The notes: generated by a model from the sequence alone, not told the origin. A stretch of DNA of 64,000 nt from Candidatus Nanohaloarchaea archaeon (GCA_013343275.1 CP046106.1:320001-384000), one strand, 5' to 3'. Positions 28,046-38,598 are shown, numbered from the stretch's first letter. Numbers and translations: made by a program.

Positions 28046-29020
28046 ATGAAAGTTGCATGGTTCGACGCTGAGGAGTGGGAGAAGGAGTACCTGCAGTACA
28101 AAACCTCTGATCTGGATATAGAGTTCTTCGAGGAATCGCTGAATGCCGATACCGTGGAGGAGGCGGAAGGTTTCGATGCAGTAGCAGTATTCGTTGACTC
28201 AACTGTAGATGAAGAAGTACTGAATTCTCTTGATGCAGACCTGGTTGCCTGCCGCTCTACAGGGTACGACCATGTAGATCTGGATGCAGCGGAGGAAAAT
28301 AGGATAACAGTCTGTAATGTGCCGCAGTACGGAGGAAGTACTGTTGCAGAGCACACATTTGGACTGATTCTCAGCCTCAGCAGGAAGATCTACGACGCAA
28401 TAAGAAAGGTAGAGGAAGGAAGTTTCGACCATGAAGGCCTTCGAGGTTTCGATTTGAACGGTAAGAAGCTTGGTGTAATCGGCACTGGTGCAATAGGCCA
28501 GAACGTTATACAGATTGCGAAAGGGTTCGGCATGGATGTAATAGCCTACGACCCGTATGGAGATGACAAACTTGAGGAAGAGCTTGGATTCATGTATGTC
28601 TCGCTGGAAGACCTTCTCTCCAAATCCGATGTTGTAACTCTTCACTGCCCTCTAACAGATTCAACCAGGCATATGCTGTCAGAAGATGAGTTCGACCTTA
28701 TGGATGGTGCTTTACTTGTGAATACTGCTAGAGGGGAGCTTGTGGACACAGAGGCCCTGATTAATGCATTGGAGAACGATAGTGTCTCAGCTGCTGGCCT
28801 TGATGTGCTTGAGGAAGAGTGTTACGTTGAGGAGGATATAGAGGTTATGGGAGACCTAGAAGACGAGTGTGATCTGGAACTGATTCTGGAGGATCACATG
28901 TTGATGGAGAGGAGTGACGTGCTTGTTACTCCTCATAACGCTTTCAATAGCGAGGAGGCAATGCATAGAATCGTTGACACTACCTTGGATAATTTAAGAA
29001 ATAGGGAGAACAGGGTTTAA
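28046..29020 (+). CDS. D-2-hydroxyacid (D-lactate-type) dehydrogenase
   Basis: RSTGYDHVD, GVIGTGAIG, NTARG, TPHNAF. Confidence 0.92.
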   Translation: MKVAWFDAEEWEKEYLQYKTSDLDIEFFEESLNADTVEEAEGFDAVAVFVDSTVDEEVLNSLDADLVACRSTGYDHVDLDAAEENRITVCNVPQYGGSTVAEHTFGLILSLSRKIYDAIRKVEEGSFDHEGLRGFDLNGKKLGVIGTGAIGQNVIQIAKGFGMDVIAYDPYGDDKLEEELGFMYVSLEDLLSKSDVVTLHCPLTDSTRHMLSEDEFDLMDGALLVNTARGELVDTEALINALENDSVSAAGLDVLEEECYVEEDIEVMGDLEDECDLELILEDHMLMERSDVLVTPHNAFNSEEAMHRIVDTTLDNLRNRENRV

Positions 29021-29562
29021 TCCCTGAACTTCCACAGAAGCAGGCCTATAGCTACGAAGGCTGTTAATGCGAACATTGGAATGGTCATGTATCCGAAGTA
29101 GTAGGTGAACTTGTCGCTGCAGGATACAGCTAGTGTCGAACAGCCGGAGGTGACCTTGCTGAATATCTGAACCGAATAATGGTAGATTGAGATTGATCCA
29201 CCGATCATAACCATTGGAAGAACGTATTCATGAACGTCTTTTTTCTCCAGCAGCAGTGCAGTTGCTGTCAGTAGCGCGAGTGGGTACATGAATATTCTCT
29301 GGAACCAGCAGAGATGGCAGGGCGTCCAGCCGAGGATATTCGACATGTAGAGGCTTCCAAATGTAGCTACCAAGGATAGAATAAAGGCTAGCTCGAGGTG
29401 CCGGGCTCTGGTTCTGTCATACAGTTTTTCCAGCCAGCTGTAGTTCCTGTAGTCGAACCCTGTAAATCTCTGCGCTATGTAAAGTAGTGTTGTACCTGCT
29501 ATAGCGGCCTGAAGTAGAAGTGTTGCTCTTGATAGTATGAAAATCAGTGATTCTGGATTCAT
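29017..29562 (-). CDS. dsbB: Disulfide bond formation protein B (BdbC-like)
   Basis: PCHLCWFQRIFMYP, second Cys pair, TM helices. Confidence 0.92.
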   Translation of the reverse strand: MNPESLIFILSRATLLLQAAIAGTTLLYIAQRFTGFDYRNYSWLEKLYDRTRARHLELAFILSLVATFGSLYMSNILGWTPCHLCWFQRIFMYPLALLTATALLLEKKDVHEYVLPMVMIGGSISIYHYSVQIFSKVTSGCSTLAVSCSDKFTYYFGYMTIPMFALTAFVAIGLLLWKFRD

Positions 29563-29651
29563 GTTGTAAGTGAAGGCCCTTGAGTTAAAAACTATTTCGC
29601 CTGGTTTGGGGAACCGAAATCTTTACTTATTGAACCTGTTAACTGTGTATT

Positions 29652-30479
29652 ATGGCAAGCTTTAATGAGGATGATTTTAGCTCTCCTGAGGAAGTCGATG
29701 AGTATATCGACGAGAACGAGGATGAGCTGAGCTCCCACGACAAAGAGGAGCTTAAAGGAATAAAGAGAGATCTTGAAACTGAAAAACAGCAGAGAATACA
29801 GAAGAGAAGAAAATGGGCCAAGTACGGAATAACAGGTGTTCTTGGTCTAGGTCTTGCAGTTCTGGTACTGGGCCCACTAGTCCAGGTTGCGCTTTCGCCT
29901 TCTACCCAGCAGAAAGGTTTTAATCTTGAGAACCAGCCTATGATGGGTAATGAAAGCGCCCCGGTTACCATTGTCGAGTTCGGTGACTACCGTTGTCCTG
30001 TCTGTAACCAGTTTGATCAGCAGGTCTTCCCGGCTGTGAAGAATAACTTTATCGATACAGGTAAGGCAAAGTTCTACTTCATCAACTATGCCTTCCTGGA
30101 TCAGTACATGCCTGGCGATACAAGCCAGACAGCAGCAGTCGCTGCAGAGTGTGTCTACCGGCAGAATGAGACAGAGTTCTGGGAGTTCCATCACGCAGTC
30201 TACGACAACCAGAAGTCAGAGAGCAAGGACTGGGCTACCGAGGACTTCATGATGCAGATAGCGAGGGAAAGTACTGAAGGCCTTGACTACGGTCAACTTG
30301 AGCAGTGTCTCTCCAACCGTGAGACTGCAGACGCAGTTAACAGCGACAGGAGAATTGGCCGAGTCAATGGAGTTTCCGGAACGCCTACGATCTTTGTGAA
30401 TGGCGAGCAGCTTTCAGGCTGGGGTTACACGACGATTGCTCAGGCTGTACAGCAGGAGCTAGCTAAGACACAGGAGTAA
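29652..30479 (+). CDS. dsbA: Membrane-anchored DsbA (BdbD-like) oxidoreductase
   Basis: EFGDYRCPVC, GVSGTPT; TM anchor. Confidence 0.92.
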   Translation: MASFNEDDFSSPEEVDEYIDENEDELSSHDKEELKGIKRDLETEKQQRIQKRRKWAKYGITGVLGLGLAVLVLGPLVQVALSPSTQQKGFNLENQPMMGNESAPVTIVEFGDYRCPVCNQFDQQVFPAVKNNFIDTGKAKFYFINYAFLDQYMPGDTSQTAAVAAECVYRQNETEFWEFHHAVYDNQKSESKDWATEDFMMQIARESTEGLDYGQLEQCLSNRETADAVNSDRRIGRVNGVSGTPTIFVNGEQLSGWGYTTIAQAVQQELAKTQE

Positions 30480-30534
30480 AAACCTCCTGCACCCTACTTC
30501 TTCTTTTTTAAATATAGATTACCTTGTTCTCCAT

Positions 30535-30951
30535 ATGCAGCTTCCTGATCAGAAATATATTGCGGTTGCAGCCATCCTTTTCTCGGCGGCCTTTGCAGTC
30601 TCATTTATAGGGCTTTCAGAGCTGAAAAAGAATGGGAAACAGAGTGTATACTCCGAGGAAGTCAGTATCAAAGTTAATTCAAGCATTGGAATTGCAACAG
30701 GCCAGATAGATGGTAAGAATCTTACTATAATGCAGCAGGGAACCAAACAGGCCAAGTTCTTCATAGATGTTACCGGGGACAAGAACATTGATAGAGAGAT
30801 AGACATTGAGAGCGATGGAGAAATCCACAGGAAGAGAATATTTGCAACGCTGGAAGGTCAGACCTACTCTCTAACGATAGAGTACACCGATGATCCCGAA
30901 GTTGAGGGAGATGCATACCTTAAAATTACTCACGCAGAAGCCCTGAAGTAG
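30535..30951 (+). CDS. Hypothetical membrane-anchored protein
   Basis: N-terminal TM, beta-rich remainder. Confidence 0.7.
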   Translation: MQLPDQKYIAVAAILFSAAFAVSFIGLSELKKNGKQSVYSEEVSIKVNSSIGIATGQIDGKNLTIMQQGTKQAKFFIDVTGDKNIDREIDIESDGEIHRKRIFATLEGQTYSLTIEYTDDPEVEGDAYLKITHAEALK

Positions 30952-30999
30952 AAAGAAAAAAGTTGAGAGAGGCCTAGAAAGTCAGGCCTTTTTTCTGGT

Positions 31000-31797
31000 T
31001 TACCAGTCAGGACTGAAGCCCGGGTCAACCAGTCTTTCCTCTCTGTCAATCGACTCAATCCTCTCGATATCTTCTCTGTCCAGTTCCAGTTCTCCGGCCT
31101 TGAAGTTGTCTCTGATATGTTCTTCTGAAGTCGCCTTTGGAATAGCTACGACCCCTTTCTTCTGCATTAGCCATGCAAGACTTACCTGGGCCTCGCTTAC
31201 ACCATGTTTATCGGCTATCTCCTGTAGCTCAGGTATATCAAATACTTTACCTCGGGCCAGCGGAGAGTATGCTACAAGCAGGATATCATGTTCACGGCAC
31301 TTCTCTAGAAGTTCATCCTGCTGAAGTAGTGGATGCATTTCGACCTGGTTTGCCATGATATGTTCCCCGGCGATCTCCATAGCTTCATCTACCTGTTCCG
31401 GTGTGAAATTGCTGATGCCGATGTTTTTGATATCTCCTTCTTCAACCAGCTGTTTGAAGCCTTCGAAAGTTGATTCAGGTTCGTACTGTCCTGAAGGCCA
31501 GTGAATATACATCAGGTCTACATAGTCGACTCCTAGCTTGTCCAGGCTTTCCCTGGTGCTCTGGACAACGTCCTCTCTGGAGAGGTTGCTGATCCAGACC
31601 TTTGAGGCCAGGAAGAATTCTTCCCTATCAACATCGGCCTGTTCAAGGCCTTCTCCCACGTACTCTTCGTTGTCGTAGGCCTGTGCTGTATCTATATGCT
31701 TGTATCCTATGTCTAGTGCGGTTTTTACTGCGTTTCTGCATTCTTCAGGTTCCGTGTTCTGCCAGGTACCTAGACCTAGCTTCGGCATTTCAGTCAT
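31000..31797 (-). CDS. Aldo/keto reductase
   Basis: GLGTW, IDTAQAY, IHWP, IGISNF, IPKA. Confidence 0.95.
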   Translation of the reverse strand: MTEMPKLGLGTWQNTEPEECRNAVKTALDIGYKHIDTAQAYDNEEYVGEGLEQADVDREEFFLASKVWISNLSREDVVQSTRESLDKLGVDYVDLMYIHWPSGQYEPESTFEGFKQLVEEGDIKNIGISNFTPEQVDEAMEIAGEHIMANQVEMHPLLQQDELLEKCREHDILLVAYSPLARGKVFDIPELQEIADKHGVSEAQVSLAWLMQKKGVVAIPKATSEEHIRDNFKAGELELDREDIERIESIDREERLVDPGFSPDW

Positions 31798-31876
31798 GTA
31801 TAGAAAGCAGTGTAGAAGTGTGAAAAACCTTGTTGTGTAGAAATAGAGGAAAATAAAAATGTGGTGAGGAAGTCAA

Positions 31877-32065
31877 TTAAGCCCTCTTTGCATCGGATTT
31901 CCATTTGTTAACGATATTTGTTCCCTTGGACTTCTTTGTGTCGGAACTGTTATCGTTAACGTGTTCCTCTGCTCTGTGGACTCCTTCCTTTGTTTGTGCG
32001 TCCTGATCTTCGTCGCCAGTAAATACTTGGCCACAGTAAGGACATTCAACTTCTTCGTTAGTCAT
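31877..32065 (-). CDS. Small C2H2-type zinc-finger protein
   Basis: CPYCG...HRAEEH. Confidence 0.7.
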   Translation of the reverse strand: MTNEEVECPYCGQVFTGDEDQDAQTKEGVHRAEEHVNDNSSDTKKSKGTNIVNKWKSDAKRA

Positions 32066-32178
32066 GTTATCACGTATCTGTTACAAGTGTTAAATGGTTT
32101 TCGGTAGTTGGCCTATATGCAAATGAGAATATAGACAGCAATAAAGGAAAGCGCCACTTAACTTTATAAACATTTTGA

Positions 32179-34920
32179 CTATTCATCAAGGATATCTGTC
32201 ACAGGCATTACCTCTATACTCCGGACCTTGTCCTCCGATACACAGTAAATATAGGCCTCAACCGGTTTTTCCCTTGCATCCTCTATAGCTGATGCGTACA
32301 GACTGAGCTGCTTCTGGTATTTCTCGGGTTCTTTATCGCCGATCTTGAAGTCGTAGATGCGGATAACCTCTTCCTTTTCGAGAAGCAGATCTATTCTACC
32401 CTTGATAACTCCTCCATCTGCTGGCAGCCTTATATCTACTTCACACTGTTTTCTACCATCCAGGCCTTCTATAAACTGTTCTATATTTTCTTCGTAGTCT
32501 GTGCTGCTACTTGCATCTCCTTGTATCTTTTCTTCGGCGAACTCGTGTAGATCACGGCCTTTCTCTCGGCCATCTCCTTCTTCCAGATCCAGTAGACTGG
32601 TGACAGCAGTAGCTTCGCTGCCTTCATACTCTGGCAGCTCTGGGTCGAAGAAGCTGATATCGGAGGTATTTTCCTCCTGTTCTATAGGCTTCTCGCTGTA
32701 ATACTCTTCCTCAAGAGGCATTTTTTCGAAGAAAGTTGATTTGCGGCCTTCTTCAGCGGTTATATAGAGCTCTTCTTCGGCTCTGGTGATTCCTACGTAC
32801 ATGAGCCTTCTTTCCTCGTCGTAGCCTTTGGAAAGCGTCTGGAAAAGTATTTCAGATCTCCAGTTATCGAAGGAGAATCCTTTTTCCTCATTGTATTTTT
32901 TACGAGTTCTCAGGCCGATAACGTCTCTGTATTCGATCGGTATGTAGTTTCCGTTGGTTGATGGGAAGCGGCTCTGGTTGACATCAGATATAAAGACGAC
33001 AGGGTATTCCAGGCCTTTAGCGGCGTGTATTGTCTGTATCTTTACCACATTTTCCTGCATCGAGTTATCGATCTCATAGATTTCTCCGTCCTCGATGTTA
33101 TCCTCTACAAACTGGATTAACTGGCCTAGGTTCATGTAGGAGCTCTCGAAGGTATCAGTCAGGACCTCTACAATTCGTTCTGTAAACCCGTTGCTGACTT
33201 CGTATCTCGTGAATACTTTTTCAGCAAACTGACCTATGTCGGAAGTGGTATCCAACTCCTCCCGGAACTCCTCCATATCCTTCGGATAATTTTCGTTATC
33301 AAGTATCTCTTTAGCCTCATCTAACGTGTATCCTGCGTTTTCCAGCACCACGGCCCATCCTCTATCCGAGTTAGAGTTGGAGATCCTCATCCACGCAAGC
33401 AGCATAACTGCAGGGTTCGTTTTGAAGAGTTCTACTCCTCCCTCATAAGCTACAGGCACTCCTCTGTTCTGTGCTTCTTTCTGAAGTTCCAGTCCGAAGT
33501 TACGGGTGCGTGTAAGTACCGCTATATCCCCGTACTCTCTTCCTCCCTCCTGAACTCTTCCCTGTATCTTAGCGAGGACATTTTCAGCCTCTTTCTCTGT
33601 CAGAAGCTTCTCTATACGGCCTTCTTCATCTTTCTGTGACTCCAGTGACGTGATCTTGGACCTTATTTCTTCCTGCGGAAGGTTCTCATAACCGGTTGCG
33701 GGGAGTGTAAGGGCCTCCTCTGATAGGTCAAGTATTTCCTGCGTCGACCTGTAGTTCTTCTTCAGCCTTATTTCCTCGACGTTTTCAATCCTGAAATCTA
33801 CTCTCCGCTGGCCTTCGTTCAGTTCTTCACGGTACTTCTCGAGTCTTCTCTGGAATCTTTGAATGTTCTCAACGTTTGCGTACTGAAAGCTGTAGATACT
33901 CTGTTTCCAGTCCCCTACAGCACAGATGTTTGGTTCATCAGCGAGAAGCAGCGTGAGCTTGAACTGTATCTCATTGGTATCCTGGAACTCATCTATCATC
34001 AGGTATTTGAATGACAGCTTGTCTCTCAAAGCCTTTTTCTCTGTCAGGAGCACGTAGGAGAACGCCAGGAGGAAGTTAAAGTTGAGGTAGTTCTTTCTGA
34101 GACAATACTGCAGGTAAGAGAAGTAGATATTATGTACAAACTCTTTAAGCTTCTCTCTGCCCTCATTAAAGGCCTTCTCCCCAAAGTCTCTTCTGACTTG
34201 CTTTGTGCCGTACCCTCCTCTGACCTCTTCTTCGCTGGGAGCATCTTCATCGAAATCCTTGTACTTCATGCTGTAAAGCCTGCTTCTGAGCTCCGACTGT
34301 TTCTTCCCGTTACCACTATTTCTTGGTTTGTTAACTTCCTTGAATATTTTCTTGAACTCCTGGAAGTCGCCATCAATGTATTTCTCCGAGTTGCCGAACC
34401 ATCCCTCTTTCTCTGGCACAATTCCTTTTGCGGCCAGGTTTTTCAACAGGCTCAGAATCTGTGAGTAGTCATCAATTATCTGGTAGAACTCGTGGTACTG
34501 TGAATTCTCATCTATAAACAGGTTCATGAAGCTGTCGAACTCCTGTTTCTCTCGAACCTCGCTCTCCATAAGATTCAGGCTCTGAGTTATGTCCTCCTCT
34601 AGGCCCAGTATTCGTGGAGTGTCGAATCCATGGTTTCGAAGTATCTTCTTTGCGAAGCTGTGGAAAGTTGAAATCGGTGCATCGTAGATCTTGGAGGCCT
34701 TGACATCTGTCCTCTCAATTATTCTTTCCTTCATCTGGTCTGCAGCGTTGTTGGTGAATGTAGCCAGCAGTATATCGCCAGGTTCTACGCCGTCATCCAG
34801 TATCTCTGCGTACCGCCTGGTTATAGTGAATGTCTTCCCTGTACCCGCCCCTGCGTCAACCAGGTAGATTCCATCCGTGTTGTCTATCAGTTTCTGCTGT
34901 TGTTTATTCGGGTCAGTCAT
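32179..34920 (-). CDS. UvrD/AddA-like SF1A helicase with C-terminal RecB-type nuclease
   Basis: AGAGTGKT, TFTNNAA, DEFQD, GDWKQSIY, NYRS, TIHAAKGLE, EERRLMYVGITRA; nuclease GRIDLL..YDFK..QLSLY. Confidence 0.93.
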   Translation of the reverse strand: MTDPNKQQQKLIDNTDGIYLVDAGAGTGKTFTITRRYAEILDDGVEPGDILLATFTNNAADQMKERIIERTDVKASKIYDAPISTFHSFAKKILRNHGFDTPRILGLEEDITQSLNLMESEVREKQEFDSFMNLFIDENSQYHEFYQIIDDYSQILSLLKNLAAKGIVPEKEGWFGNSEKYIDGDFQEFKKIFKEVNKPRNSGNGKKQSELRSRLYSMKYKDFDEDAPSEEEVRGGYGTKQVRRDFGEKAFNEGREKLKEFVHNIYFSYLQYCLRKNYLNFNFLLAFSYVLLTEKKALRDKLSFKYLMIDEFQDTNEIQFKLTLLLADEPNICAVGDWKQSIYSFQYANVENIQRFQRRLEKYREELNEGQRRVDFRIENVEEIRLKKNYRSTQEILDLSEEALTLPATGYENLPQEEIRSKITSLESQKDEEGRIEKLLTEKEAENVLAKIQGRVQEGGREYGDIAVLTRTRNFGLELQKEAQNRGVPVAYEGGVELFKTNPAVMLLAWMRISNSNSDRGWAVVLENAGYTLDEAKEILDNENYPKDMEEFREELDTTSDIGQFAEKVFTRYEVSNGFTERIVEVLTDTFESSYMNLGQLIQFVEDNIEDGEIYEIDNSMQENVVKIQTIHAAKGLEYPVVFISDVNQSRFPSTNGNYIPIEYRDVIGLRTRKKYNEEKGFSFDNWRSEILFQTLSKGYDEERRLMYVGITRAEEELYITAEEGRKSTFFEKMPLEEEYYSEKPIEQEENTSDISFFDPELPEYEGSEATAVTSLLDLEEGDGREKGRDLHEFAEEKIQGDASSSTDYEENIEQFIEGLDGRKQCEVDIRLPADGGVIKGRIDLLLEKEEVIRIYDFKIGDKEPEKYQKQLSLYASAIEDAREKPVEAYIYCVSEDKVRSIEVMPVTDILDE

Positions 34921-34927
34921 GCTTGTC

Positions 34928-37489
34928 TCACTCCACTATCATGTCTCGGTAAGGGTTTCTGTCGATATCGTTGTCGCCGACAGGGAACCGTGAACCTTTG
35001 TACTCATTCAGTTCGTCAACTTTCTCCTCAAGGAATTCCTCAAACCTGTCAAGGTCCTCCTTGAAGAAGTTGGTTTTTCTGAACTCTAAAAGCTTTCTCA
35101 AAGCCTTATCTGCTCCTTTCTCCACGTATTTGTAATCTCCGACGTGTTTTTTTGCGTACTTGACGAACTCTCTACCGAATTCGGACTGAACCAGCTTGTC
35201 CTTGTCGTATGGGTAGGGAATCTTGTTATCCTCAAAGAATTTCTGGAAGTTAGGATGGCCCAGCTTTTCGAGGGTTTTCCTCCTGTCGTTTGACTTTGCT
35301 ACTCCTTTGATAAGTTTCTCAAAAACCTCCAGATCCAGTATCTTGTCGTTGAAATCCTTTGGATAGTAAGTTATGGAAACTGTTTTTTCATCCATATCTG
35401 ATTCGGAGTTTATATCCGAGGCCATGTCGCTGAGGAAGTAGAAGTAGGTGAACTTCAGTTTCTGATCCGGCATCTTGTCTCTGAGCTCGCTCAGGTACAT
35501 TATAGGCTGGAAGTCTGGTTTTTCATCGAAAAGTTCGACGTTGGAATCTCTAATTATCTTTTTCCTGCTTCGGCTCCGTGAACTGCTCTTGTAGTCCACC
35601 AGCTCATTTCCGAGGACGAGATCTATCTTTCCTTTTGCACAGATATCTTTATTCTGGAAGGTTAGTTCTGCGAAGTGCTTCTCGACATCCCTGTCAAAGT
35701 ACTCGGCGAAAATATTCTTGCCTGGACCTTCCTCTGGCTCAAGCTCCACGGCCTCAGGGCTATCTCTTGAGTCGATAAAGCTCTCAATATTTCGGATTCC
35801 GATCCTGAACTCTGTTTCAAGCGTCTCCAGCTCGATGTCATCTACGTAAGGCCTTATCTCTTTCTTCATTATCTCCACGAATTCTTCTCTGCCTTTTTCC
35901 TCTACGAATTCAGGAAAGTTTGCGTAGAACTCTGCGAACTCATGGAAAAGATTCCCTTTAACCATGATATCTTTCTCGGTGTCGGCAACAAGTCTTGAGA
36001 AATAGTAGGCTCTCGGGGACTGTACAAACCTGTTCAGAGAGGACTGGCTGAGCAGCTCTACTGTTTCCGGCTCTTCCAGAGAGTCTTCTTTACTGAAGCC
36101 TGATAGCTTGGATTTCTGCGGGAGAGAAAATCTCTCCGTCCTGTGATCTGAAAAACTTTCGAGGCCGCAGAGCTCTGTGAAGTAGAAGCAGGGAGAGATT
36201 TCTTCGTTCATTTCTTTATCCTGGACGAGGTAGTGTTTCTGTTCTCCATTCTGTATCAGGGCCTCGAAGTTCTGTAGGTTCCTTTTTTCTACTTCCTCTC
36301 TGTCGATCCACGATCTCTGATCTACTTCCTGTGTCCATTCCGAGGACATACCTATGTAGAAGACTACAGGACGGTCTATGTATACCGTTGATTTAGGTGA
36401 AGCGAGTAACACGCCGCTGTCTTCCGAGTTCTGTGTAGGATCAAAGGAATCTAGATAGTATTCAAGCCTGGATATACTACCTTCGGTTATACTTTCCTCT
36501 TTTAGGCCTAGGTCTTCCAGCACCTCTTCTATATGGTTCTGCTCGTATCCAAGTAGATCCTGGAATCCTTCGAGAAAGTCCTGGAAATCCATGAAGGAGG
36601 CCACGTTCAGGAAGTCTGTGAACTCGCTTAGCCTGTCGTCCTCCAGTTCTGATACCTTGACCTGGCTTTTGCTGTCGGAGGAATCAATTCCCAGGTGCTG
36701 TACTACCGGCTCCACATCTCGAAGCCTTATCCTGTCTTTTGCCAGCGCTAGCCTTGCCAGTGATATGAAGGTTCTCAGATCTTCCTTTTCGGAGAGTTTC
36801 TCTGTCGAGTTATAGGGTATTTCCTCGGATTTGAACGCAGACTCTATCAGCGACTGGTATCTTGTATCTGAATCCACAACAAGAGCAACGTTTTCCGCAT
36901 TTTCCTTGGATATATTCCTCTTCAAGGCCTCTACTATCTCGCTTGCGGATGAGAAGATATTGAATTTCGGTAGTTCAAACTCTCTGTTCTCAAATATTTC
37001 AACTGTATCGTAATCATCAGGCAGTACTTTCCTGTCGAGCTCGTTGAACTGGTATGGCGCTATCACAGCTACATCTTTATCTTCATCTATATTGGTGCTC
37101 TCTAGCGCTCTGAAGGGGTTGTTTATCTCCTCCAGTATCTTTATTATCTCTTCGGCAGCGTTTCCGGAGAACTGTTCTTCCTCCAGTATGCTGTAAAGGT
37201 TTCCTGTGTTTTTCCAGGATTCAAGTACTGTTTCCAGCATGTATGATGCCTGTTTCCAGGTAAGATCTGTTCTCTCTACTATTTCAAGAAATATCTCTCT
37301 TTTGAAATCCAGGTCGTCCAGTTCTTCATCGAATGCATATCTGCGTGGTGTTTCCGCAAACTCCCCCACTACTGCTTTATCTATCCGTTTGTTCAGGCCT
37401 TCTGCCAGAGGAGCATCAACTGTAAGCACCAGATCGTAGTTTTTGACCTCTTTATACAGTTTTTCAAGGTTTTTCCTATTCCTTATCAT
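34928..37489 (-). CDS. AddB-like protein: degenerate helicase plus PD-(D/E)XK nuclease
   Basis: No Walker A; SQSSLNRF..SP..YYF, GNLFHE, GKIDLV, VDYKS, Q..MY; 7 bp upstream of the AddA-like gene. Confidence 0.85.
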   Translation of the reverse strand: MIRNRKNLEKLYKEVKNYDLVLTVDAPLAEGLNKRIDKAVVGEFAETPRRYAFDEELDDLDFKREIFLEIVERTDLTWKQASYMLETVLESWKNTGNLYSILEEEQFSGNAAEEIIKILEEINNPFRALESTNIDEDKDVAVIAPYQFNELDRKVLPDDYDTVEIFENREFELPKFNIFSSASEIVEALKRNISKENAENVALVVDSDTRYQSLIESAFKSEEIPYNSTEKLSEKEDLRTFISLARLALAKDRIRLRDVEPVVQHLGIDSSDSKSQVKVSELEDDRLSEFTDFLNVASFMDFQDFLEGFQDLLGYEQNHIEEVLEDLGLKEESITEGSISRLEYYLDSFDPTQNSEDSGVLLASPKSTVYIDRPVVFYIGMSSEWTQEVDQRSWIDREEVEKRNLQNFEALIQNGEQKHYLVQDKEMNEEISPCFYFTELCGLESFSDHRTERFSLPQKSKLSGFSKEDSLEEPETVELLSQSSLNRFVQSPRAYYFSRLVADTEKDIMVKGNLFHEFAEFYANFPEFVEEKGREEFVEIMKKEIRPYVDDIELETLETEFRIGIRNIESFIDSRDSPEAVELEPEEGPGKNIFAEYFDRDVEKHFAELTFQNKDICAKGKIDLVLGNELVDYKSSSRSRSRKKIIRDSNVELFDEKPDFQPIMYLSELRDKMPDQKLKFTYFYFLSDMASDINSESDMDEKTVSITYYPKDFNDKILDLEVFEKLIKGVAKSNDRRKTLEKLGHPNFQKFFEDNKIPYPYDKDKLVQSEFGREFVKYAKKHVGDYKYVEKGADKALRKLLEFRKTNFFKEDLDRFEEFLEEKVDELNEYKGSRFPVGDNDIDRNPYRDMIVE

Positions 37490-38598
37490 CCAATTACTTC
37501 CCCTACTGTGTCATCTATGATATTATTACTGGAATCGTTCTGAGGATCTTTGTTACTGTCTAAGCTGTTGTTTGTGCTGGATGATGAACCTATGTTGCAT
37601 CCGTTGAATGAGGAGCTCGAGTTCTGATCTTCCAGTATTGCTGTTCTGAAGCTGAAGTTACACCTAATTCCTTCTCCCGGCGGGAGCGTGATCTGCTGTT
37701 CTTGTATCTCGAAGGCCAGTTTGAGATTAAGCGTTCCCTCCGTTCTCTCGCCTCTCCTGATATGTGATGCAAGCCAGTCATCTATCTTGCTGTTGTCCAT
37801 CTTGACTCGGAATGTTAGTTCCTCGGTTTCTCCAGGAGCTATAACGTTGTCTTCGGGAGAGGAGATTAGTTTGGCCTGGCTGGTGCTCCACTCTACTAGA
37901 GCGATCTGGTTCATTTCTATCTTGCCAGAGAGGCCAGGAACAGGAAGAGGGTAGCTGTTGGGGTTACGTATTCTGAGATCAATAAGTATATTTGTGCTTT
38001 TTGAGGTTACTTGCCCCCATTCAGCGGAGCCGCCTACAACCTCTATTACCGGGCCTGTACTGTATCCTGCTATCTCTGTACCGTAGTTATACTCTCCTCT
38101 GACCTGTTTCAACGTGCTGTCAAACATTCCTATAATATCGGTATCTATCCTGTCACGGTATGCTACAGTATGGAAAGGTACTGTTACCGGGCCTATGCCT
38201 GCTTTCACGCTGAGAGGTATTCTGAGCTTCGATACTTCGCTGTTTCTTACGTGAGTGGCCCACCAATCAGGTATTTTGTCGTACAGAAGTGTCGAGTTAA
38301 TGGTTTTTGTCTGGTTTCCTTGATCTATCTTTACTCCTTCTCTTGTCCCTTTCACGAGCACTATTTCATTCATCAGTACTCTGTACTGGAGCTTTACGTC
38401 GGAGTAGTTGAATTTTATCTTGCTCGGGTTGTTTATCCAGATAGTGCTTGTAACTGAGATATTTTCCTGGCCTACGCTATTCCAGTCTCCTCTGTCTTGT
38501 ACTCCAAAACTTGGTTTCTGGGTCAGACCTAGGAATGCTGCCGATCCTGCCAGTATAACGGCGGTTGTAAAAAGGATTTTTGTTTTGGACAGAGACAT
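37486..38598 (-). CDS. Tandem LEA_2/WHy-domain exported protein
   Basis: Two repeats (INNPS / IRNPNSYPL, WW.THVRN.E.S / WLASHIRRGE); N-terminal TM. Confidence 0.85.
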   Translation of the reverse strand: MSLSKTKILFTTAVILAGSAAFLGLTQKPSFGVQDRGDWNSVGQENISVTSTIWINNPSKIKFNYSDVKLQYRVLMNEIVLVKGTREGVKIDQGNQTKTINSTLLYDKIPDWWATHVRNSEVSKLRIPLSVKAGIGPVTVPFHTVAYRDRIDTDIIGMFDSTLKQVRGEYNYGTEIAGYSTGPVIEVVGGSAEWGQVTSKSTNILIDLRIRNPNSYPLPVPGLSGKIEMNQIALVEWSTSQAKLISSPEDNVIAPGETEELTFRVKMDNSKIDDWLASHIRRGERTEGTLNLKLAFEIQEQQITLPPGEGIRCNFSFRTAILEDQNSSSSFNGCNIGSSSSTNNSLDSNKDPQNDSSNNIIDDTVGEVIG

